From Verrucomicrobiota bacterium (GTDB taxonomy: Bacteria; Verrucomicrobiota; Lentisphaeria; JABSQK01; JAJFLO01), in contig JAJFLQ010000029.1 of assembly GCA_021772615.1 (NCBI GenBank), positions 9,338 through 73,337 of the forward strand: a stretch of DNA of 64,000 nt, written 5' to 3'. The notes under the pieces are model-generated. The model searched no databases and was not told the DNA's origin. It saw only the letters and a program-made list of their open reading frames with translations. The stretch's first letter is position 1, and each line of letters opens with the position of its first letter. This document shows, piece by piece, positions 7,101 to 17,600 of the stretch. The position numbers were made by a program, and so were the translations under genes.

Positions 7101-9965
7101 GGTCATGTGCGTATAAACGGATTGGATGTGTCGGCAGATGACTTCGTCGGCGCGTTCGTCGGCGACGAAGCGCGCGGCTGTCGCGCAGTCGACGTCATCG
7201 ACGACATGGCTTATGTGAACATTAATATTTCCGCGGCGGGCGGTCCGGAAACCGTGCGATTTGAATTGTATCGCGCCCAAAATGCCCGATTCCATGACAT
7301 TGTCACAGACGCCCCTGTTGTCATCAATCCGGCAACGGCAATCGGAAGCATCGCGGAACCGCTGGAGCTGATCATTGATACGATTCCGCCGGTCATCACG
7401 GATTGTCCCGACCGAATCGAGGTGCCGACGGACGTCGATGCATGCCGGGCCCACGTATTTTGGACGGCCCCCTCCGCGACGGATGACAACGGAGTCGTCG
7501 AACTGACGGCATCACATCAACCGGGAGACGCATTCGCCCTCGGCAACGACATCGTCGTGTACCAGGCAACCGATCGCGCCGGCAACACCTCGACATGCGC
7601 CGTTGAGGTTTCAGTTCGCGACAACGAGGCGCCGGCAATCACCGGCTGCCCCGCCGGCATCACTGTTACCACGGATGCCGGCGAATGCTTCGCGACCGCT
7701 GTCTGGGACGAACCGACCGTTACAGACAACTGTACCGATACGGAGTATCGCGAATCTCATGCCCCTGGCGACCGTTTTGCCCGTGGCACGACCCCGGTCC
7801 TGATCACTGCCGCGGATGCGGCGGGAAATACCGCGGCCTGCGGTTTCAACATTACCGTCATCGACCGGGAATCACCAGAATTTCTCAGCTGTCCGGACGA
7901 CGTGATTGCTGCCACGGATTCGGGTTCATGCTCCGCAATGATTACCTGGCTGACACCGGAAGTCGTTGATCACTGCGGACCCGTCGTCATCGAGTCCTCG
8001 CACGACAACGGCGAACGGTTCGTACCGGGAACAACATCTATACGCATAACCGCTGCCGACGCAGCAGGCAACACGGCGGCTTGTGCCTTCAATGTGACGG
8101 TCGTCGATACGGAACCACCGACCGTATCGGGCTGTCCCGCCAACATGACAGTCGAAACCGAATCCGGCGCATGCACGGCGGTCGCGGACTGGCGGGCGCC
8201 GACAATCACCGACCAGTGCGGCGATATCGACGTCGCCGCGAATCCGGCGCCCGGAACCAGTTTGGCGATAGGTATGACCACTGTCGTCTACACCGCGACG
8301 GACAGCGCCGGAAACACCGCGACATGCCAATTCAATGTGACGATACACGATACGGCGCCGCCGGAGATTACCTTTGACCCGCCGGAAGTCACGCTGTTTA
8401 TCGGCGATCCGCCGGTTGACTTTGGCGACGGCGTTGCGGCGTCCGACGACTGCGACGGCGATGTGACCGGAAATATCGCATTCGACCCGTCAATGGTCGA
8501 TACCGCTGCACCGGGTCGCTATCCCGTGGAATACCAGGTTGGCGATCGATCCGGCAATGTCGGCATCGGCGTGCGCATATACCTTGTAACGGATGAAGTC
8601 GAACAAGTCATCGCAGTGCGTCAGGGCTGGAATCACATCTCATTCAATGTCCGCTCCGACGACATGTCGCCGCAGACGGTGCTCGCGGAAATCATGGACA
8701 ACGTTGAGCGTGTAATCGGCGCCGGCCGCAATTTCAACCCGAACAATCCCGGTCCGTTCAATACCTTAGGTGAATTCGAGATCGGCCAAGCCTATTGGAT
8801 TAAGGTGCTCGCGGATGCCGATATCGCGATAACAGGCCGCCCTGCGGCGCCGTCGGCTACGCCAATTTCACTGAAAACCGGCTGGAACGGTATTGGCTAC
8901 GTACCGCAGTCGCCAATGCCCATTGAAGTCGCCCTCTCGGGAATCGTCGCCTCCATCGAGCGCGTGATTGGGGACAACCGCAATTACGCACCGAATAATC
9001 CGTCGGCGTTCAATACGCTGCGGTCCATGCAACCGGGGCTCGGCTACTGGATCAACGTCCTGTCGCCCGCGCTGCTGATCTATCCGGAGGCCGACGCGGC
9101 CGAAGCCGCACAGACGTTTCGGACTTCGACCAGGTCTGCGGGCAATCCAGCTTCCCGCAAGTCGGCGTCACCTGCCGGCGCGACCGGGATGACTCCGGAA
9201 GAACGCACGGGATGGACACCGCAACACTATCCGACAATTCCATTCACACTCACTGGACGCGCCCTGATCGACGGAGTAGATGCATCGACTGGCGACGTCG
9301 TTGCCGCCTTCGTCGGCGACGAGGTACGCGGCATCGCGACGACATTCATGCATAACGATATGGCCTTCGTTGTCATAAACGTAGCGGTCGATGGGGACGA
9401 TGAAACAGCGGGATTCAAGCTCTACGACGTCGACAAGGATGCCTTCCATGACATTGACTTTACAACCGCGATCGCAGCGGCAGGTGAAATGGGTGAACGC
9501 GATAATCCGGTAGTCCTGGATACAATCGGCGGCGGTGTGGCGCCGCCGATTCCACCCGCAATGATGCATCTTACCAAAGGATGGAACCTCGTATCGCTCC
9601 ACGTCGCACCGCATTCAACCGATCCCGTCGACATCTTTGGCCGTCATGCGCTCAACGTGTGGGAATGGCATCGCGATGGGACGCATTCGCCATACTACCG
9701 CGCGCCGGAAGAACTGCGGCCGCGCGTCGGCTATTGGATATACGCGGAGCAACAAGCTGATGTCGTGATATCAGGCGAATCCGTAGACGGCGTTGGCGAA
9801 CCGCTTCATCGCGGCTGGAATCTGATCGGACCAACCGAAAACAAACCGGCGCCGGCGGGATCATCGTACTGGGGATTCCACGCCGACCGCTACTACAATG
9901 CCGAAACGCTTGAAATCCTCAGAGGATACTGGATATACGTGGATCCGGATGCAGCAACGGAATGA
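4194..9965 (+). CDS. Scaffoldin-like secreted protein: 3 cohesin-like domains, TSP3-like Ca-binding repeat, PEGA-like and ASH/choice-of-anchor-D domains, dockerin, 4 HYR, DUF5011-like Ig domains, GWN repeats
   Basis: 1,923-aa ORF with signal peptide. Cohesin patterns (GKPGQTATFSVDL..IAGFNFTL; VVVPIFLENVAALSTIGFDIVYD), DTDADSLPDAWE...DGVSNLDEF.AGTNP, dockerin pair GDVDGSGTVDALDAIFIFR / YNNDGALNALDAIDVFR, four DxxPPxIxxCP HYR repeats, and C-terminal LxxGWNL repeats. Confidence 0.9.
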   Translation: MTTKQLVRPISCAVYALAVFSATAVTQVQIAAVNGKPGQTATFSVDLSDSGRNIAGFNFTLVLPNDVRGTAVHDGALLDGTSFTLESRSYTEGGANKVSIVGYSLLEETIAGGGALATVTVDIAPTVTAGTHEIVFAEPPTVEGIYVNPQALSNEDGSVSLALTTVDGSITIEVDPDTDADSLPDAWELEHFSDLSQDGDGDFDDDGVSNLDEFNAGTNPSNPADPGGGITVTLSPAGAVDNGAQWRVTAGGFDSGPRNSGAQLLGVPPGTYVLTFTTVNDWLVPSSQSITIAADTTTTAVGIYREPTGELVIQPGALDFGTVAVGETRRRHVSITNAGDVTARINAIEINESGFTADLAGQDIDPGDTVLVPVDCSPSIAGAMETSVPVGDAVLGMTAEGKIDPVLLTIGNVQRLIGDTGTFTVGVDLDAAADLSTVAFTVHFPAAVVRATSLRKAGRSLTNPQSGSIDNTDGNVVVSIGQFDGATAIPAGNGTIVEIDFQLTNTADIGAFALVVDEINNVFKTDFSPLPVSAQHGELTVVDGVSGDVDGSGTVDALDAIFIFRTVTNLSAIPPEVNNPNLPPSAEIEANVRGGLGEYNNDGALNALDAIDVFRAVTNLPPRGSAGAATRSARLTKALLLDIPISTAVLQSGQAGGSAGDNGVVVPIFLENVAALSTIGFDIVYDTTVLDAVALRRAGRTIAGPQSGGINDAAGRVTVSIGNLDGSEAIPAGNGIIFELEFNIAEGAAAGTYALDIANINNVYSIHFTPVILLGVDGAFTVESGNQPPVAACTDVAVSINADGVATIGAQHIDAGSSDADGTIAERLVNGSSDPVAFTCSAIGENPVTLTVRDDAGGSDTCNAIVTVIDDGKPDLVVDPLLATIPLGSGTPDLSAGVTAFDNCDGDMTDSIQIDSDSLDTNSPGDYTVFYTVTDTSGNATQAGRTYRVSADCPFPSSVSFPTIDATLIGHVRINGLDVSADDFVGAFVGDEARGCRAVDVIDDMAYVNINISAAGGPETVRFELYRAQNARFHDIVTDAPVVINPATAIGSIAEPLELIIDTIPPVITDCPDRIEVPTDVDACRAHVFWTAPSATDDNGVVELTASHQPGDAFALGNDIVVYQATDRAGNTSTCAVEVSVRDNEAPAITGCPAGITVTTDAGECFATAVWDEPTVTDNCTDTEYRESHAPGDRFARGTTPVLITAADAAGNTAACGFNITVIDRESPEFLSCPDDVIAATDSGSCSAMITWLTPEVVDHCGPVVIESSHDNGERFVPGTTSIRITAADAAGNTAACAFNVTVVDTEPPTVSGCPANMTVETESGACTAVADWRAPTITDQCGDIDVAANPAPGTSLAIGMTTVVYTATDSAGNTATCQFNVTIHDTAPPEITFDPPEVTLFIGDPPVDFGDGVAASDDCDGDVTGNIAFDPSMVDTAAPGRYPVEYQVGDRSGNVGIGVRIYLVTDEVEQVIAVRQGWNHISFNVRSDDMSPQTVLAEIMDNVERVIGAGRNFNPNNPGPFNTLGEFEIGQAYWIKVLADADIAITGRPAAPSATPISLKTGWNGIGYVPQSPMPIEVALSGIVASIERVIGDNRNYAPNNPSAFNTLRSMQPGLGYWINVLSPALLIYPEADAAEAAQTFRTSTRSAGNPASRKSASPAGATGMTPEERTGWTPQHYPTIPFTLTGRALIDGVDASTGDVVAAFVGDEVRGIATTFMHNDMAFVVINVAVDGDDETAGFKLYDVDKDAFHDIDFTTAIAAAGEMGERDNPVVLDTIGGGVAPPIPPAMMHLTKGWNLVSLHVAPHSTDPVDIFGRHALNVWEWHRDGTHSPYYRAPEELRPRVGYWIYAEQQADVVISGESVDGVGEPLHRGWNLIGPTENKPAPAGSSYWGFHADRYYNAETLEILRGYWIYVDPDAATE

Positions 9966-10343
9966 GTACCAACCCGGAACACGAAGGGCACGGCTTTCAC
10001 GGTTCAGTTTTAACACCGTCCAGGGCAAATGCAACGTTGGTTGCACGATCTCGAATCGACGTGTCCAGGCCGTGGCATGGCCGGCACAGTAGTCCGCCAA
10101 CGGCTTTGCCGTGACAAAATCCGGCGGAATAAGTTTGACGCAGTTGACGGGCTTGGTATGGTAAGGCCGCTCGTGACGGCCGGCGCGCTGTATTCGCGAT
10201 GGTTTGCGTGGCATCAACAACATGGCGTTGCTTCCGTAACGTATGCTGGAGAGAACACCGCGTCGCGTGCGTCGTACCTTTGCGTGCCGTACCGCGAAAC
10301 AGGGGACAGGGGAGAATTTTCGGGTGAACATCGGGTTTCGTAA

Positions 10344-11519
10344 TTGCAGTCAAGCGTAAAAAATTTGATATCATTGACCGGATGGGGTGACGTGCGGACG
10401 ACGCGCCGGCGTTGCACCGGTTATCTTTTTTTCTTCGCGACGATTTGCGCAGTTCTCTCACATGATGTCCGCGGCAATCCCATTGACCTCAACCTGTTCG
10501 CAGCCGATTCCTCCGTCACCGTTGCTCCGACCGGCAACTCGGCCACACTCTCGGAAGATCCCGCCGCGCTCCTGGTTTTCCTGCAAAACGATCCTGCTTC
10601 GGGTCACGACGAGGTCATCACGGGCGATCCGAATACGCGCCTGGCATTCGACTATGTCTTTGACGAGACGATCGGCGAGAATGATGAATTCGGAGCCATA
10701 CTATTGGATGCCGACGGCCGGAGTCTTGGCGGCGATTTCGCGTTCTTTATCCAGACAAGCAGTGCGGGCCGCGTGAGTTTTGATTTGTCCACTTTCAGCG
10801 GCGAAAGAATCGGGCTCCGATTTCAGTTGGGCTCGCTCTTTGGCGATCTGGGAGTGGGGTCAAGCGTCACGATCTACAACCTGCAGCGCGTCTCGACCGA
10901 CACCGATCTGGTGGCCGTCGCATTCGACATCAACCCCGATCATACCCTTGGCGGACAAACTACCGCTACCTTCACGATTCGCAACAACGGCGCCGAGGCC
11001 GTAGGTCCGTTCAAAGTAGCCATTGAACATTCGGACGACAATGTCATCGGCAACGCCGATGATGTACGACTCACTGCGGTGACAATACCGGGGCTGGCCG
11101 GGAACACGGCGGTTGTGGAATCCGTAAATCTGGCACTGGACATACCGTCGCTATTCGATCGCGCATTAATGGAAGATCCCCCGAATTTACCTGACGACAC
11201 GGTGTCGACGAGTTTCGATGTTATGGGAATTATTGTCGATGTCGATGACACGATCGCCGAAGCCAACGAGGCAAACAATATCGATCTCGGGAAAGGTATG
11301 GACAAAGACGACTTTACCTTTTTTCCATGGGACGTAAACCCGACTGACGGGCAAGTTTCGCCGACCGACGCGATCTATGTGGTGAATCGGCTCGGCCAAA
11401 CCGTACAGCCGGATAATGCCCGGGCGGACCTGGATGGGAACGGCGCAATCACGCCGACCGACGCAATAACGGTGATTAATCGCCTGGGACGATTGATGAA
11501 CAGCGCCGTCGACGAATAA
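10344..11519 (+). CDS. Secreted protein: N-terminal beta-sandwich, CARDB-like domain, C-terminal dockerin (planctomycete-like)
   Basis: 391-aa ORF; the true start may be GTG 10392 (MRTTRRR + hydrophobic stretch). CARDB-like DLVAVAFD...FTIRNNG...VDVDDTIAEANEANN. Duplicated Ca-loop DVNPTDGQVSPTDAIYVVNRLG / DLDGNGAITPTDAITVINRLG. Confidence 0.85.
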   Translation: MQSSVKNLISLTGWGDVRTTRRRCTGYLFFFATICAVLSHDVRGNPIDLNLFAADSSVTVAPTGNSATLSEDPAALLVFLQNDPASGHDEVITGDPNTRLAFDYVFDETIGENDEFGAILLDADGRSLGGDFAFFIQTSSAGRVSFDLSTFSGERIGLRFQLGSLFGDLGVGSSVTIYNLQRVSTDTDLVAVAFDINPDHTLGGQTTATFTIRNNGAEAVGPFKVAIEHSDDNVIGNADDVRLTAVTIPGLAGNTAVVESVNLALDIPSLFDRALMEDPPNLPDDTVSTSFDVMGIIVDVDDTIAEANEANNIDLGKGMDKDDFTFFPWDVNPTDGQVSPTDAIYVVNRLGQTVQPDNARADLDGNGAITPTDAITVINRLGRLMNSAVDE

Positions 11520-11543
11520 CAGTCGACGCGCCGGCCGCCGTAT

Positions 11544-11570
11544 CGGAATGGACTGAGCCAGGTCATTCCG
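11544..11570. other. Imperfect intergenic hairpin without a U-tract
   Basis: cggaatg(g)ac-tgagccag-gtcattccg, between the stop at 11519 and the GGGAGG RBS before GTG 11632. Confidence 0.3.
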
Positions 11571-11631
11571 GCCGCGGACAATATTGATGCTTGTAACCGA
11601 TCGAACATAATTCAAAAAGGGAGGACAGATC

Positions 11632-14600
11632 GTGACGCTGCTACAGAGACGCTTACTCATCGGTCTATGTTTATTTCCGTTTCATGCCTGGTCCGCGCCG
11701 TTGGCGCCGTTCGGCGACGGCACGGACGGAGCACTAACCGTCAATGAAGGTGAATCATTCGAAACCGACGCGGTTCGCAGTGCGGTTACCGGCGACAACC
11801 TTGCCGGCGGCACGACCGTAGCCGTTGCCAACAGCTCGGGGTTTCTGGTCGGCGACGAGGTTCTGATCATCACGATGCAGGATCCCGAGCCCGAACTGAG
11901 TCTGAACCAGGCGGGCACGTACGAAACCGCGGCGATCGCGGCGATCGACGCCAATACATTGGAACTCACCGCGCCGCTGGCGCACACGTACCTGTCCTCA
12001 TCAGGTGCAAAGCACCAGGTCACTCGCGTACCGCAGTACACGACCGTTGACGTCAGCGGCACGCTGACCTGTGCCGACTGGAATGGTGAGACCGGCGGCG
12101 TGCTGTTTTTGCGTGCTGCGGAATCGGTCACAATGGACGAGACCGGCATCATCCACGCCGACGGCAAAGGCTACCGTGGCGGCCTGGGCAATGATCCCGA
12201 TGGTTCAGTTGGGCGCACCGGAGAGGGTATCACGGGAAATTTCCATATTCCGAGTGTCGATCCGGCCGCAAACGGCGCGGGCGCCGGTCCGGGCGGTGGC
12301 GGCGGTGGTTCGGGGTCCGCGGGCCGGCCGGGTGCATTGAATCCGTACAATTTCGGCCGGTCGGTTGGCGACCCAACGTTGCGCCGCCTGATCTGTGGCG
12401 GCGGTGGCGGAGGAGGCAACGACAACGACAACAATCACAACAACGTCAATGAAGGCCGCGGTGGCGACGGTGGCGGCATTATTGTGATCGCGGCGCCTGA
12501 GTTGACCGGATCGGAGATACGATCCAACGGCGGTGACGGCACCTCACCCGACGACTGGTATACGAACAGCGCCGATGGCGCCGGCGGCGGTGGCGCCGGC
12601 GGTGTGATTCACACCACGACATTGAATCTGGATATTGCAACGCTGTCGGCGGCCGGCGGCGGCGGTGGCTTCTCGTTTCAAACATCTGCCAATCGATATT
12701 TCAGCGGCGGCGACGGCGGTGACGGCAGAATTCGCGTCAACGCGAGTACTGTCGCAATCGGCGCAACCCGGCCGGAACCCTACTATGGTGAGTTGAGAAG
12801 CCTGTTGCACAATCCACTACCAAACCAGGCCGCGACCGACGCATCGTACCTCATTGCCGCACGTGCGACCGATGATACCGTCGCGCTCACCACCGCAACC
12901 GTCCACTACCAGGTCGACGGCGACGGTTTTAACGAGTTGGCAATGGTCAACGACGGCCAGGGAACATTTACGGCCGACATCCCTGCGCAGGCGCCGTTGT
13001 CCGTGGTCGACTACTACATCAGCGCGTCCGACGGTGCGACGACACATCACACCCCGACCGATGCACCGGCCGCCGTGCATGCGTTCACGATCACGGACTC
13101 GCCGCCGACATATCTCCACGCTGCCGCAACCGACAACGGCGAGGTCACGCTTACCTGGGGCGCGCCGGTATCGGCCGCGAATCTCGTGGACTACAGCATC
13201 TACCGCACCGAAGCATTGGATGAGAACCTCGCGGCCGAGCACCTGGTCGCGGACAACATCACCGACCTCACTTACGTCGATTCGGCGCCGGCGCTACAGG
13301 ACTTCCGTACCTATTACTACCATGTCCGGGCGAACTACGACTACGCCGCGGCAGCCGTGCGCAGCGCGTCGGTGATCGCCCAAAACGACGCGATCGGCGT
13401 GTCGGTGGTGAAGGGGTTCGTAAACCTCGAGGGACAGACGGACCACGGCGGCGTCACCGTTCAGTTCAATGACAACGGCAGCTCGAACTCCGCGGTCACC
13501 GTACATGCGACCACCGATGCAAGCGGGTACTTCGAACAGGCCGTAAATAACGGGAACTACGAGATCCGTATCGTGAAAGCCGGCTACCGCGATTACGTGC
13601 TGTCGTCCAACACCTTCATCGACAGCGACCGGGACGTCGGCACGCGCAACCTCTATGATCTGGGACTCACCGACGTCGCCGGCGACGTGTTCGGTGAGCT
13701 GAGCGGCATCATCTCGATCACCGGCGCCATCACCGTCCCGGCGGGCCGGCGGCTGGTGATCAAGCCCGGTTCGGAACTCCGGTTTCTCGGCAACGACCAC
13801 TTCATCGTCCACGGCTATCTTGTGGCTGAAGGCACAGCCGAGGCGCCGATACGCTTTACCTCGCTGCCGGAGAGCCAGTTGGTCGGAGAGCAGCAATGGC
13901 AGGGCATTGATTTTACAGACAGCTCCGATGATCGCAGCCGAATGTCGCATATCATCATCGAGAACTGCCAGGACGGCATCGAGTGGAACAGAGCGGACGC
14001 AACCGTTTCATCGGTCGAGGTGCATACATCGAACGTCGGCTTTCGAATCATCGAAAGCAGCAATCCGAGCATCAACGACGCGGACATCCACCAGAACACA
14101 TACGGTATCTTCATCGAGGAAAGCAGCCCGACGATAACGCATTCCAATATTTATGATCAGATATCGTACGGTTTCCACATCCGTAATTCCGCAAACCCGA
14201 TCCTCACCAATTGCGACGTCTTCGCGAACCGCACGTTGTCGAGCAGCGACTTCGGCATCAACATCGAGACCCGCTCAAGCCCGACCCTGATCGATTGCAA
14301 GATTCGCGACAACAACGACATCGGCCTGCGCGTGTACAGCCAATGCAATCCGGAGATCCGTGGATGTACCATCAGCGGCAACAACGGCGACGGCATGTAT
14401 GTGTATGATACGGATGAAACCCAATCCGACATGATCATCGAAGATTGTCTGATTGCTGAGAATTCGTCGGAAGGGATTTATCTGGATTACTATAACCAGG
14501 CGATTGGCATTTCGAACTGTGAGATTCGCAACAATTCCGCCGCAGGAATTTACTTGTACTATGACAACGACCCTCGTATTAGAAGCAACGTCATTGCCGA

Positions 14601-17600
14601 GAACGACTACGGCATCTACATCAGCAACAACTACAATGACCTGAACATTGAACGGAATATTGTCATATCGAACGCTAACGACGGCGTCTACAAGAGCGGC
14701 ACGAACGGTACGACCACCATCGCATACAACACGATTTATGGAAACGGCGGCGACGGCTACGAAAACAACGGAACCGGCACGGAAACGGTACTGAACAACA
14801 TCATCGTCAACAACACCGGCTACGGCCTGCGGTCGAACCAGAAGATCGACGATCTCCGGTTCAACTGCATTGCGATGAACGCGGCCGGCGACATCTCGAA
14901 TACCAGCTCCAGCTATATTCCCGCAGACGCGTGGTCGTTCATCACCGTCAACCCAAACGGTGTACCGGCCGATAAGTTCCTCAATATCTCGGAGGATCCG
15001 CTGTTCCGTTTGAACGACGCGCTCGACCTTCAGCTGCTCGCGGGCTCGCCATGTATCGATGCGGCCGACCCCGACGTCACCGATCCCGATCTGACGCGCT
15101 CGGACGTGGGTGCGCTGTACCACGACAGCGGTCATCCAATGAACATCGTCGCGACCACCGAAGATCAGACCGTGATCCTCACGTGGCCGCCGGTCACAAC
15201 CGACCTGCACGGCACGCTGCTCGGGTACAACGTCTACCGCCGCGACGCGGGCGCCGATGAATTCGAGCTCGCGGTATTTACATCCGAATCAACGCTCACA
15301 ATCAACGACCTGATCAATAACGCCGCCTACGAATTCGCCGTCACCGGCGTTTACGACAGCGGCCACGAATCCGTCCATTCCGCGATCATCACCGAACGTC
15401 CCGGCGTCGCGGTCATCGACCTCGACCGCGAGTCGCTGAATGTATCTCTGGAAGCTGAGATCGGCGATCTCGAACGATCGCTGGCGGTGAGCAATTCTGG
15501 AACGAAGGCACTCAGCGTCGAGTTCGAAAACATCAGTGCGGATTATGGTGCGGCGAAATTAGATGGGTCTGGAGATTACATCAATGTAGGTGACCATGAC
15601 AACCTAGAAGGCATGAGCGCCCTCACCCTTGAATGTTGGATTCGCAGTTGGAACAGCGGACCATTCGACTTCTTGAGTAAGGGGTACCGGCAGTACAATC
15701 TTTTCGTTGACGGAAACAGAAAATTCGGAATGACCAAAGGCTTCAGTAACACCTACGAGTATAGAACAAGTAACTACGAATTACCGCGAGGCGAGTGGCA
15801 TCACCTTGCAGTGAGTTGGCAGAAAAATGAGCTGGTTTTCTTCGTTGATGGTAACGAGGTATTCAAGTCCCAAGATGTTAACGCGTCACCAATATCATTA
15901 CGATCCGATAGTTTTCGTATTGGAGACGGTGACTGGCAGGGTCCGGAATTGAAAGGAGATATAACTGAGGTTCGAATATGGAAAACCGCAAGGACAGCGA
16001 AAGAAATTCGGGCTACAATATTGACTCCGCTCAGTGGAGATGAAGAGAATCTGGTCGGTTATTGGCCGCTGAGTCTTGATTTTACCGATCACTCAACCTT
16101 CCGCCGTCACGGGTCGAAAGTTGGACATGCAACGATTCTGCATGATATCGATGTACCTCGCGTAGTGTCCGTCGGATCCACCAGCTTCACGATTCTGCCT
16201 GGTACCACGGAAAACATCCCGTTCAACTTCCATAAAGGTTTCTTTACCGACTCCGCGCTGCTGACAATCCCGATCCTCACCAACGATCCGACCCGCGACG
16301 TAATCGACTTTGATGTCCACGCCAACTATCGGACGCCGGAACCGAGATCGACGTATTTTGATCCGGTCTATCCCACGGCCGGCGGTTACACCATTGTCAT
16401 CACGGAAGCAACGCTGAACGATCATCCGCTTGATGTCGGGGATGAGATCGGCGTGTTCGACGGAGATCTCTGCGTCGGCGGCGCCATCTTCGACGGCCGC
16501 TTCAACATGGTGATCCCGGTATGGGAAGCCGATGACGGCGCCGGTCTGCCGGGTTTCACCCTGGGCAACCCGATGCTCTTCCGGCTCTACGACGCCTCCG
16601 ACGACGTCGAAGGCGTGGTGACCGAGGTTGACCTCGTCGTTGGCGACGGCACATTCGGCTATCAGACGTTTTCGGCGCTGTCGTTGAATGGACACGCTGC
16701 GGCGGATGCAACGCATTTCGTCCCGGTCCCGGAAACCGGGCAGTTCTACCGCATCACGGTCACCGACGCCACGATCAACGGCGAGCCGCTGGAGGCCGGC
16801 GACGAGATCGCCGTAGTCGACGGTGACGTCACGGTCGGCGTCGGCATCTACGGCGGCGCCTTTCCGGTCGATATCATCGCGTGGCAGGCCGACACCGGGA
16901 GCGACCTGGCAGGCTTTACCGTCGGCAATTCGATATCGTATCGCGTTTTCGATCAATCGCGAAACAAAGAGGCGCTTGTCGCCTATGCCGACTATCTCTA
17001 CGGCGACGGTTCGTTTGGCAACGATGCGTCGACGTCGGTATCGCTCACAGCCATCAACAATCCGCCGACTACATTCTTCACGCCTGTCGCAGAGACAGGT
17101 GGGTTCGCGACCATCGTCGTCGCATCGGCCGTGATCGACGGCGAACCCGCGGCGCCAGGCGACGAAATCGGCATTTTCGACGGCGATACCTGCATCGGCG
17201 CCGGCATTGCAGATCAAGCCGGCGCTGCCGTGCTGCATGCGTGGCGGGCGGCGCCGCAACTCGGTCAACCGGGTTTTACGGAAGGCCACCTCATGCGCTT
17301 CCAAATATACCGTCGCGACGTCGATCGCGCGGTCGTCGTGACCGACGCCGTATACGACCAGGGCGACGGCAGCTTCGACAGCTCGGCATCGACGGTTGTG
17401 ACGCTCACCGGACACCGCGACATCCTCGATCACCACGACGGCACGGCGACGCTGACGTGGGAAGCGCCGGACGACACCACCGGGCTGCTCGCCTACGAGG
17501 TGCATCGCAGTCTCGACGATGTCTTCAGCCCCGGCGGCACCACCGTTCTGGCAAGCGATCTCACCGACACCACGTATACCGATGCCGACCTCGCCGACGC

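Noticed and set aside
10029-10343. 104-aa plus ORF and overlapping minus ORFs in the intergenic gap
   Set aside because: No RBS, no recognisable motif and atypical composition.
4194-11519. Classical cellulosome
   Set aside because: No recognisable glycoside hydrolase or CBM3 domain in the window; cohesins and dockerins alone do not imply cellulolysis.
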